This document shows positions 8,957 to 17,070 of a stretch of 26,467 nucleotides of DNA, piece after piece. Each line of letters starts with the position of its first letter. The stretch's first letter is position 1. Below the pieces are notes generated by a model. The model worked only from the letters and a program-made list of their open reading frames with translations. It had not been told where the DNA came from and ran no database searches. The translations under genes were made by a program, and so were the position numbers. The stretch is from a virus, in the UHGV virus genome UHGV-0118441; one strand, 5' to 3'.

Positions 8957-9538
8957 ATGAGCGAAAGGAAAAGAATTGAAGATCAGTATCTTCTCTATCA
9001 TTTAACATGTATGGATAATCTACCTAGTATTTTAGATACAGGATTAAGATCTCGTGCATCAGTAAAAGGTGAGTTTGTTGATGTGGCCGACGGTGAAATA
9101 ATAACAGGTCGCGAAGCATTAAATTTGCAAACAATGGTTCCTTTTCATTTCTTTACTAAGAATCCATTTGATGGAAGAGTCCTGAAAGATCATAAGGAAA
9201 AATCATTTTGTATTATTTCGGTTTGTCGGGCATTTGCCAAAGAAAATGGTTGGAAAGTTATCCCTAAACATCCATTATCCACCAGTTCTTTTATAGACCT
9301 CTTAGATTATGAACAAGGAATGGCCCAAATTGACTGGGAGCTAATGAATATAAGGGATTATAAAAATGCAGAATGCAAATCTGTATGTATGGCTGAGTGT
9401 TTATCAAGTGTAACGGTCGAGCCGAAAAATTTCCATTGCATCTTTGTCAAAAATGATAACGAAAAAAAATATGTTGAAGGGTTGATAAAACAACAAGGAT
9501 TAAGTATATTGATAACGATCAACACTTATATGTTCTAA
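8957..9538 (+). CDS. darT: DarT (DUF4433) ssDNA ADP-ribosyltransferase toxin, 193 aa
   Basis: N-terminal LYHLTCMDNLPSIL, central VPFHFF and C-terminal DWELMNIRDY...MAECL segments match the DarT family as I recall it (Thermus DarT IYHITHIDNL..IL, PFYF, QAEFLV with catalytic Glu). Followed 4 nt later by a macrodomain gene. Confidence 0.75.
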   Translation: MSERKRIEDQYLLYHLTCMDNLPSILDTGLRSRASVKGEFVDVADGEIITGREALNLQTMVPFHFFTKNPFDGRVLKDHKEKSFCIISVCRAFAKENGWKVIPKHPLSTSSFIDLLDYEQGMAQIDWELMNIRDYKNAECKSVCMAECLSSVTVEPKNFHCIFVKNDNEKKYVEGLIKQQGLSILITINTYMF

Positions 9539-9542
9539 TTCT

Positions 9543-10514
9543 ATGATTAAGTATGCAAGCGGAAATCTTCTAAACTCTACATCGCAAGCTCTTGTGAATG
9601 CTGTAAACTGCCAAGGAGTCATGGGAAAGGGTATTGCTTTGGCTTTTAAAGAAACTTTTCCCTATAATTTCGAAGTTTATAAGAGAGCATGCGCCACTGG
9701 TACAATGAAAATTGGACAGGTTTTAATTGTAGAGGAAAAGGGAAAAATAATTGTAAACTTTCCCACTAAAGATAGTTGGAGAAAAAAATCAACATATGAT
9801 TTTATCTCGCAAGGCCTTGAATCTTTAGCAAAAATTATAGATGAAAAAAAAATTACATCAATATCAATACCACCTTTAGGCTGTGGTAATGGGGGCCTCG
9901 ATTGGAATAAGGTTGAGGCTCTTATTTTAAAAACTTTTCAAAATTTAGATAATGTTGATGTGGTAATTTATCCGCCTGCAACTAACAATCAACTTTCAAA
10001 AAATAAAAATGTTATTAATGCTAAGCATCTTTTGGTTCACTACGCCTATGGAAAATTAAAAGTTAAGCAAAAATATTCCCTTTATACAGTTTTTTATATT
10101 TGCGAATGTATTGAGAAAGCAAATCTTTTTTTATTCGATTTTAAACATGGTCGGCCATACTCTTCTGAGTTAGAAAATATTATGAAGGATATAGCAAACC
10201 TTAAAGTTGAGTTGCAAGGAGATTTTGATGCTTTTATTGAAGATTATATTAATACTCATCAATCCAAAGAGTTACAAACCGAGTTTGGTAAACTAATCTC
10301 AACTTTAAATCCAAGTATAAGTTTGCTCAATGCTCTTAAAAATAAGATTGATTATACAGATAGCGTACATGTGATCACGAGAATTGCTAAAGAAAAAGAT
10401 CATGGCTTGCATATTGACAATTTCAAAGAATATGAAAATATTGTGCAGCATTTAATTAAAAATGGATTGGTAATCGAAGATATTTTTAACGAACTAAAAA
10501 TAAAGGGAAGTTAG
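9543..10514 (+). CDS. darG: DarG antitoxin, N-terminal TARG1-like macrodomain (ADP-ribosyl hydrolase), 323 aa
   Basis: N-terminus GNLL...ALVNAVNCQGVMGKGIALAF and later PPLGCGNGGLDW are hallmark macrodomain motifs of DarG/TARG1. Translationally coupled to darT. Confidence 0.8.
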   Translation: MIKYASGNLLNSTSQALVNAVNCQGVMGKGIALAFKETFPYNFEVYKRACATGTMKIGQVLIVEEKGKIIVNFPTKDSWRKKSTYDFISQGLESLAKIIDEKKITSISIPPLGCGNGGLDWNKVEALILKTFQNLDNVDVVIYPPATNNQLSKNKNVINAKHLLVHYAYGKLKVKQKYSLYTVFYICECIEKANLFLFDFKHGRPYSSELENIMKDIANLKVELQGDFDAFIEDYINTHQSKELQTEFGKLISTLNPSISLLNALKNKIDYTDSVHVITRIAKEKDHGLHIDNFKEYENIVQHLIKNGLVIEDIFNELKIKGS

Positions 10515-11066
10515 TAGCGCTATTTTCAATTTTTTTGCTGAAATTGCGCATGCACACTCTCACGCATTATAGATGCGGCGTTAATCCCGCCAGGAGTGTT
10601 GTTTAATAAATTGAACTATTTCTGCATTGAAGGATCAACTTACGCATTCGCTGACAACGCAGGCACTCTCCTGGCTAAGCAGAAATTCAGAGTAACCAAC
10701 TGGCACTTTTACAACAATTTTCTTATCAGTTGCGGCTCCATGACTTTCTGGTGGGATAACAAAGCAATTAAGGCGTGGTATTGTAAGTATCCCGCATAAT
10801 CATGCTAGTAACATTTGTCCCCCATGTAACCTAATTAAGGCAACTTCCGCTCTTCGCTCACAGTGAACCTCCATGTTTGTAAACCCGTATATTTCGTTTT
10901 TTAAGTGGTCATTCAGATACGGATTTTCACTTCTCTTGGCTGTGCATGACTATGCTGCATGAAATTGCATGATCGTTTGAGGATCGTTTTTGCTGAGGCC
11001 CCCCAGAACTGGCGGGCTTTCGCTTATGTCATGCAGGTGCATGAAAATCACTGCATAAAGCGGGCA

Positions 11067-11085
11067 GGCGTGGCGGGGATACGAG
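11067..11085. other. Candidate cos cohesive-end sequence (GGCGTGGCGGGGATACGAG), P2/186-type
   Basis: First 13 nt match my recollection of the P2/186 19-nt cohesive end (GGCG[A/T]GGCGGGGAAAGCA[C/T]), followed by CGCGCGCT as at the P2 left end. Position between gene A and portal Q fits P2 synteny. From memory, not a database match. Confidence 0.55.
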
Positions 11086-11164
11086 CGCGCGCTAACTAAA
11101 AAGCTAGAGAATCTGTGAATTTTTCAATAGTATTATTCTTAGTTAACTAAAGGAGAATCTTATC

Positions 11165-12229
11165 ATGGCAGAAAACGGACCTCGTGAAGACTTGGCGAAG
11201 CTGGTGTCCCATAAACTATTGGAAAGATTTAAGTGGAAGCAACACGGTCCGACCGATCATGATTTTCCGTGTACTGAACAAGAATTACACAAGCCAGCGG
11301 AAAAAACGCAAGACCACACACATCCAGTTGATATTGTCTTTCATTATAAAGATCCTTACTTAAATAAAATTGTTTATCTAAATACTGATTTGAAAAGTTA
11401 TTCAAAAGGGTCTTTAAATTCTAAAATGGTTGAAAATGCTTTAGATTCCTTAGCAAAAACTATTCATTGTGCGCAGAATAGTCAGGTATGGAAAAATCGC
11501 TATGAGACAACCATGTCTAAAAGTGAAGTACGAGGGTTACTTTTTGTATATAATCATGATAATGACTATAAGCATAATTTCTATGACTATTTTTATCCTC
11601 CTAAACCCAAAAAAGGGAAAAGACCTGCGGCAGTTAATTTAGACAGAGTAAATGTATCTGAAAATCAGCAAATACATATAATTGAGCCACGAACTATTAG
11701 TTATCTTATGTCTGTTGTTGCTGATATGAACGAAATGATTGCGGAAAATAAATTCCCGCGTGATGATTATGGGTTCTATTATCCTCAATTAATACTTCAT
11801 AAGGTTGTGACTGCAGAAGAATATCTTCCAGCTACAGTGGAAACTCTAACATCCCCCTACATGATAATTAAACATGGTCCAGTAATAGAATATAATAGAG
11901 CTAAAAAGGAGGACGAGCTGGTTTATCCTGAAGGGTTTATTGTTTATTACAACCGCTCCGGTAAAACAGACTTAGAGTTTAATTATTTATTAGATACTCT
12001 AGCTAACTACCAGATATTAAACTCAAAAAATAATATTAGAATTAGAGTAGCATGTATTGATAAAAGTGAGCACATACGGACTAATTTTATAAAAGCTATA
12101 GAAAAATTTTCATATCAGTGGGGATATGATGAATCTATGAAGGAAAAATTATTATCTATTGAGCTATATATTGTGCCTCTATCTCGAGAGCAATATTTAA
12201 CAGAAGAAAGATCATGGGATGTTAAATAA
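11165..12229 (+). CDS. Unknown protein, 354 aa, first gene of AT-rich cargo operon; possible PD-(D/E)xK-like nuclease motif
   Basis: ATG with an AAGGAGA RBS 8 nt upstream; AT-rich codon usage. HPVD-IVFH ... KIVYLNTDLK is compatible with a PD-x(n)-D-x-K signature. No other motif recognised. Confidence 0.6.
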   Translation: MAENGPREDLAKLVSHKLLERFKWKQHGPTDHDFPCTEQELHKPAEKTQDHTHPVDIVFHYKDPYLNKIVYLNTDLKSYSKGSLNSKMVENALDSLAKTIHCAQNSQVWKNRYETTMSKSEVRGLLFVYNHDNDYKHNFYDYFYPPKPKKGKRPAAVNLDRVNVSENQQIHIIEPRTISYLMSVVADMNEMIAENKFPRDDYGFYYPQLILHKVVTAEEYLPATVETLTSPYMIIKHGPVIEYNRAKKEDELVYPEGFIVYYNRSGKTDLEFNYLLDTLANYQILNSKNNIRIRVACIDKSEHIRTNFIKAIEKFSYQWGYDESMKEKLLSIELYIVPLSREQYLTEERSWDVK

Positions 12230-13305
12230 TGAGTGAAATACACAGTGTTACAGACAAAGCTTTATACGAGGCTTTATGCCAATCACGTGTCACTGATAAT
12301 GATATGGTGGAATTGTTTTTATCCCGTGGAATTTTGGTGTCAAAAAAAACTGAGCGTAAGCAACTAGCAAAAAATTTCTCAAAGCTCACTCATGATTATT
12401 ATTTGCATCAGAAAATTTCTGGAATATTTGGAGGTTTTTTAAGGCGAGAGAAATCTACGGCTATAGTTATTAAGAATAATATTGATAAGCCACTACTTGT
12501 TAAGGCTGCTAATAAGCTTAAAGATCAGCTGGAAAGCGAAGATGATATATGTCATGTAATCAGTGATAAAGATTCTATTAAAATTAGCATTACATACTTA
12601 TCAACCAATTTTGGTAAAAGTGAATTTAACCAAGTAGAGAAGAAAACTGCTGTTTTTGAAATCGAGTCCCTTTCGGATGGTTTTTCAATTCGTAGGCCTG
12701 ATAGTGAACAAGCTGAGATTTATAATAAAAAACTACTAAGTATTATCGAACAGGTTATACAAAAGGAAAAAGATATAGAAGCAACGACTTTAGATACAGA
12801 AGAAATCAACCTCGCGAACATCGATGACGCAGATAAAAGAACAGAATTTTTTAAGCGGCTCATCAATGGGTTGGATGGATATGTTTTAGATGATGTTACG
12901 GATGTTTATATCTACCATCCTAAACCTGCTGTCATGGAGGAGGAAGATGGGGATTCTGAAACAGGAATACATATTAGCAAAGCATCTTTGAAAGGAGAGG
13001 GGGTGCTTAAATCTGAAGAGTTGAATTCTTTGTATGATAGAGGGTTTTATATTTGGAAAATAAGATGGAGAATAAAGGATAAATCTACTACTCCAGATCT
13101 TTATGATTTTGAAGCTCAGTTTAGTGATCCTTTAGAGTTTAAGAGCTTTTCATATATTTCTAGAGGGGTGAGGAAATATAAAGGTGCCGGAGAATATAAT
13201 AAAAATCCGAGCCAATTACCGGATGATGAAGAATATCATTTTAAAAGACTTATTGAAAAAACGGCGCGTTCAATTATAATGGATATTAATAAAGAGTATG
13301 AGTGA
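12229..13305 (+). CDS. Unknown protein, 358 aa, second gene of cargo operon
   Basis: ATG overlaps the stop of the previous gene (TAATG). Highly charged, Lys/Glu/Asp-rich; no Walker A, HEPN, HTH or other motif recognised. Confidence 0.6.
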   Translation: MSEIHSVTDKALYEALCQSRVTDNDMVELFLSRGILVSKKTERKQLAKNFSKLTHDYYLHQKISGIFGGFLRREKSTAIVIKNNIDKPLLVKAANKLKDQLESEDDICHVISDKDSIKISITYLSTNFGKSEFNQVEKKTAVFEIESLSDGFSIRRPDSEQAEIYNKKLLSIIEQVIQKEKDIEATTLDTEEINLANIDDADKRTEFFKRLINGLDGYVLDDVTDVYIYHPKPAVMEEEDGDSETGIHISKASLKGEGVLKSEELNSLYDRGFYIWKIRWRIKDKSTTPDLYDFEAQFSDPLEFKSFSYISRGVRKYKGAGEYNKNPSQLPDDEEYHFKRLIEKTARSIIMDINKEYE

Positions 13306-13313
13306 GATAACAA

Positions 13314-14018
13314 ATGAAAACACTGGATAAAATTAAGTGGAGCAGAGTGAAGTTATCAATAACCTTCTCTGAACTAATTGATTATTTTAAACGTAATTCT
13401 TATGATGAAAGTAAAGGTTATGGTTATACTTTTGTGAATTTTACTGAACATGAAGTTTCCGCTTCTTATGTTGAAAAGTCATTGCGTACAGAAGTTATTG
13501 TATCGCCCGCGGGAGATGAGATAGAACAAGATTTTTTAGAGTATGAAACCATAAAATTTGCATTAAAGCCCGTATCTAAAAATCTCTCTTTATTGGCTAT
13601 TTTTAATCCCCCTAAATCTATAAAGAAATTGACGGATAGACTTAGTGTAGATTTCAATTATAGGGTTGGATTTGGTTCAATTACCTTAAATTTAAAGGAG
13701 TATATAAATTATCTAAGTTTACAGCATTCAATAAGTCTATTACATATTGATAAAATTAAAGTTAGCAATGTTGTGTTAAATGGGAACTCCAAGGCCTCGG
13801 TTGAGATAACTTCCACAAAAAATGCATTGTTAGAGCTAGAAAGTATTTTTACTAACAAAAAATATAATATAGATAAAGTTAGGTTGCATTGTTTGATTTA
13901 CGGGGAACCTTCTTTTGTTGAGCTTTCAAAAAGCGCTTTTATTAATTCAGATTCTAATCATCTGGATTTTTACTCCGACTTCCTCATTCAGCAATTATCT
14001 AATGATGAATTTCGTTAA
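13314..14018 (+). CDS. Unknown protein, 234 aa, third gene of cargo operon
   Basis: ATG 8 nt after the previous stop; same strand and AT-rich composition. No recognisable motif. Confidence 0.55.
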   Translation: MKTLDKIKWSRVKLSITFSELIDYFKRNSYDESKGYGYTFVNFTEHEVSASYVEKSLRTEVIVSPAGDEIEQDFLEYETIKFALKPVSKNLSLLAIFNPPKSIKKLTDRLSVDFNYRVGFGSITLNLKEYINYLSLQHSISLLHIDKIKVSNVVLNGNSKASVEITSTKNALLELESIFTNKKYNIDKVRLHCLIYGEPSFVELSKSAFINSDSNHLDFYSDFLIQQLSNDEFR

Positions 14019-14020
14019 TA

Positions 14021-14040
14021 AAGGCGGGTATGCCCGCCTT
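14021..14040. terminator. GC-rich hairpin (AAGGCGGG-tatg-CCCGCCTT) between the cargo operon and the 3' end of portal gene Q
   Basis: 8-bp perfect stem, 4-nt loop, 2 nt after the gene-3 stop; T-rich only on the minus strand, so it may terminate the Q-P transcript or act in both directions. Confidence 0.45.
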
Positions 14041-14124
14041 GCTGGCGATATGTTGAGCTACGCTCAATTGACTTTTCTATTTATATGGTTATTAATTGAT
14101 TTGTTTATAATATCTGAATTTTTA

Positions 14125-15162
14125 TTAAGTTGCCTTTTCAAGCTTGTAAGGGATAAAACGTATAATCTCGTGGCCGAGCCAGCAGTTAAGCTCCATTATT
14201 AGCTTCTGTAGTGGCAATAATTCATTCCTTACAAATACATTACTTGCCTTCTCCACATCCCCAAACCCCCCAACATTATTCGGCATAATCCCCATCATTT
14301 GTGGCGGCACACGATGTGCCGCCATCATGTCATCCCGGCTCACGTTCTTGATGTTCAGAAATTCATCCTTTGCCGCGACTTCTGACAACGGGATAATCTG
14401 AAGACCATCCTTTTTGCCGTTAGGTGAGTACATAAACAGGTTGCGGAAGTTGCCTGGACCTTTGGCGCTTTTCATTGCGTTGCGGAGGTTGTTCACATCC
14501 TCCTGGTTCTGCGCAGCATCGGTCATGTACATGATGAAGCCAGCATGACTGCCGTTAATGTAATACTTTCGGCGGAACAGCGTGGCGGACTCATTGAGCA
14601 GGGCGGACGGAATGGCAGAAAGATAGCCGGGCAGGCCGTAGATCTCCTGGTTAATGTCCGGTTCCATCAGATGAAAAATGCTGCCTTTCGTGAACTGATA
14701 CGGCTGGGTTGTCATACCGTATTGCACAAACCAGTAGGTATCCAGGTCTAACCCGCGTCGGGTGTATTTTGCCAGAGCAGGCTCAAGGGCGATAACTTCA
14801 CCGAAGCGGTTCGTGCGTTTCTCCAGGTAGGCGTTACCAAATACCAGATAGTCCTGCACAAAACGTGAAAAAGCCTGCTGGCTGAGCAGCGGGTGGGGGA
14901 TGTAGGTACTGGTCAGAATGTTGCATTTCACCGCAATTGGTGAACTGTGATGCACGGCGGCGCGGAAGGTGCGCGCCAGTCCGTCAAAGCTTACTGGCGG
15001 CTCATACCAGCGATCTGTCTGTACGCATTCCACATAGTCCAGTAGTTCGCGGCGGTCCAGAACAGGAACGGGATCACCGAAGCTGAATGCTTCGGCTGTA
15101 GTTTGACTTTTATGCTGGATCTGGTTCGTCGACGCAGCGCGGTTCTTCTTACTCTTTCCCAT
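14125..15162 (-). CDS. Q: Portal protein (P2 gpQ family)
   Basis: ORF 14125..15165; about 345 aa from the ATG at 15162. Size, synteny (downstream of and overlapping the large terminase gene as ATGA) and orientation relative to cos match P2 Q. Confidence 0.85.
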   Translation of the reverse strand: MGKSKKNRAASTNQIQHKSQTTAEAFSFGDPVPVLDRRELLDYVECVQTDRWYEPPVSFDGLARTFRAAVHHSSPIAVKCNILTSTYIPHPLLSQQAFSRFVQDYLVFGNAYLEKRTNRFGEVIALEPALAKYTRRGLDLDTYWFVQYGMTTQPYQFTKGSIFHLMEPDINQEIYGLPGYLSAIPSALLNESATLFRRKYYINGSHAGFIMYMTDAAQNQEDVNNLRNAMKSAKGPGNFRNLFMYSPNGKKDGLQIIPLSEVAAKDEFLNIKNVSRDDMMAAHRVPPQMMGIMPNNVGGFGDVEKASNVFVRNELLPLQKLIMELNCWLGHEIIRFIPYKLEKAT

Positions 15163-16928
15163 CAAAAAATCTCCACAATATTACTGGTATTGGCGGACTC
15201 GCCCTGCAGTGGTTCGTTAAACAGTGCGTGCATTGTTGCCCAGGCCAGATCGGCGTGGCTGGCTTCTTCGCTGCGGCTGGCTTCATAGGTCGGGCGGTTG
15301 CCACTGGCGGTGGTTGCGCGACGGATTGCCATGAATGACTGCGCAATGTCGGTGTGCCCGGCGTCAAACTCCAGACGGCGGTGGCTGATAATGTCGTAGG
15401 CCTTGAGTACCAGGGCGTTTTTAACATTGGGGTTATAGACAAACTCCCGGACGGCTGGAAAGAACGCTTTCACGTTCTCGTAAACCCCGTGACCGACGCC
15501 GGTCGAGTCAATACCGATGTACGTCACGTTGTACTGTTCGGTCAGTTTTTTGATGGCATCAGCCTGGGCGCGGAAGTCCATCCCGCGCCACTGGTGACGT
15601 TCAAGAATGCGGAACTTGCCGCCCGGTACGGCTGGCGGTGCCACCACCACGCATCCGGCGCTGTCGCCGTTCTGCGTACCTTTTGCCGGGTCATAACCAA
15701 TCCATACTTCGCGCCAGCCAAACGGGCGCAGCGCCAGTGCATGGAAGTCGGTCCAGACTTCCCAGCTGTCCACCATGCACGCCTGCAGCTCGCTGAGCGG
15801 GAACACGGACGCGAGATCGTCCACGAACTCACACATCAGCAGGTTCTGGTATTCGTCCGGGCTGTACTCCATGCGCAACTGGTCGAGGTCGAACAGGTTA
15901 CAGCCGCCGTGCACCGCATCTTCCACGGTGACTATCTGGCGGTATTGCCCGTCTGCGCACAGCAGGCCGGGGGCCAGATTGTTATGGGACAGGTCGATGT
16001 CCACCTTGTCGGCTTTGTTGCGCCCACGGTTGAACAGCGCACCGGACCAGAACGGATAAGCACTGTGGGTCAGGCTGGATGGCGTGGAAAAATAAGTTTG
16101 TCGCCATTTTTTGTGAATAGCCATACCGGAAGCCACTTTGCGCAGCTCCTGAAATTTCGGTATCCAGAAATATTCATCCAGATACAGGTTGCCGTGATAA
16201 CTCTGGGCCGTGCGGGCATTGGTGCCGAGGAAGTAAAGTGTGGCCCCGTTAGGAAGCACCATCGGATCGCCTTTCAGCTCCACCTCCACTTCTTTGGCGA
16301 AGTCGATGATGTACTGCTTAAAGACGTGAGCCTGTGCCTTACTGGCAGAAAGGAAAATCTGGTTACGTCCGGTAAGCAGGGCGTCAATCAGGGCTTCACG
16401 GGCAAAGTAAAAGGTCGCACCGATCTGGCGTGACTTCAGCAGGTTGCGGATGCGGTTGGTTTTTCCGGCTTCCCACCAGTGGCGCTGGTAGTTGAACATG
16501 GAGGAATGGAAGATTTCTTCCAGCTTCTCAATCTGTTCATCGGTGAAAACGTTCTTTTCCGGCTGACGACGCGGGCCTTTGTTGCGGTTGGCGACGTTAG
16601 GGTTTAAGTCGGCTTCGTTGCCGCCATTGTTAAACTTGCCGATCCGCGCGTGGCGCTCCGACTGGCGCGCCAGCAGATCAATTTCTTTGAAATCTTTCCC
16701 TTCTTTGTGCTCCTTCATAATGAGCTGGCAGTAACGTGCGGCGGTGGTGAGCTGCATCTGATCCAGCGGCCCGTAGTCACCCCACTTGTCGCGTTTTTTC
16801 CAGCTGTGAACGGTTGCAACTTTCTCGCCCAGCATTTCAGCAATGCGGGCGACGCGGTATCCCTGAAAGTACAGCAGCATGGCCTGCCGACGGGGATCGA
16901 GATCTGCGGGTGTCAGTGTGGTGTTCAT
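15162..16928 (-). CDS. P: Terminase large (ATPase) subunit (P2 gpP family), 588 aa
   Basis: Size and divergent arrangement from the capsid operon as in P2 P/O. The antisense 359-aa ORF on the plus strand is treated as spurious. Confidence 0.85.
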   Translation of the reverse strand: MNTTLTPADLDPRRQAMLLYFQGYRVARIAEMLGEKVATVHSWKKRDKWGDYGPLDQMQLTTAARYCQLIMKEHKEGKDFKEIDLLARQSERHARIGKFNNGGNEADLNPNVANRNKGPRRQPEKNVFTDEQIEKLEEIFHSSMFNYQRHWWEAGKTNRIRNLLKSRQIGATFYFAREALIDALLTGRNQIFLSASKAQAHVFKQYIIDFAKEVEVELKGDPMVLPNGATLYFLGTNARTAQSYHGNLYLDEYFWIPKFQELRKVASGMAIHKKWRQTYFSTPSSLTHSAYPFWSGALFNRGRNKADKVDIDLSHNNLAPGLLCADGQYRQIVTVEDAVHGGCNLFDLDQLRMEYSPDEYQNLLMCEFVDDLASVFPLSELQACMVDSWEVWTDFHALALRPFGWREVWIGYDPAKGTQNGDSAGCVVVAPPAVPGGKFRILERHQWRGMDFRAQADAIKKLTEQYNVTYIGIDSTGVGHGVYENVKAFFPAVREFVYNPNVKNALVLKAYDIISHRRLEFDAGHTDIAQSFMAIRRATTASGNRPTYEASRSEEASHADLAWATMHALFNEPLQGESANTSNIVEIF

Positions 16929-16974
16929 GGCACAAACCTACAGCCTTGAATGAAGGCTTTCCCCGCCTGCGGTT

Positions 16975-16992
16975 TGTGTGGTTGTCGGTACA
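16975..16992. promoter_or_regulatory. TGT-N12-ACA dyad, candidate Ogr/Delta-type late-activator site in the P/O divergent region
   Basis: TGTgtggttgtcggtACA read directly, about 80-95 bp upstream of the O start codon; P2-family late promoters carry this element centred near -55. Confidence 0.45.
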
Positions 16993-17070
16993 AATACCGC
17001 GCATTGTTTCACTGCCCCCATCACCGCAACCATAAGGCTCCAGTAAGTTTTTTCTAACGGAGCACGGCTC

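Noticed and set aside
10596-10799. 67-aa ORF in the darG-to-cos interval
   Set aside because: Non-ATG start with no convincing RBS, odd aromatic-rich composition; more likely non-coding or a remnant. Low confidence either way.
14041-14124. cos site in the AT-rich gap just upstream of the portal gene 3' end
   Set aside because: This is where cos would sit in P2 if no cargo were inserted, but no GGCG-GGCGGGG-like sequence is present; the better match is at 11067..11085.
13915-14202. 95-aa plus-strand ORF spanning the end of cargo gene 3 and the end of portal Q
   Set aside because: Overlaps two better-supported genes and the terminator hairpin; hydrophobic translation of an AT-rich stretch.
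15354-16433. 359-aa ORF on the plus strand
   Set aside because: Antisense to the large terminase gene; no RBS or context, composition artefact.
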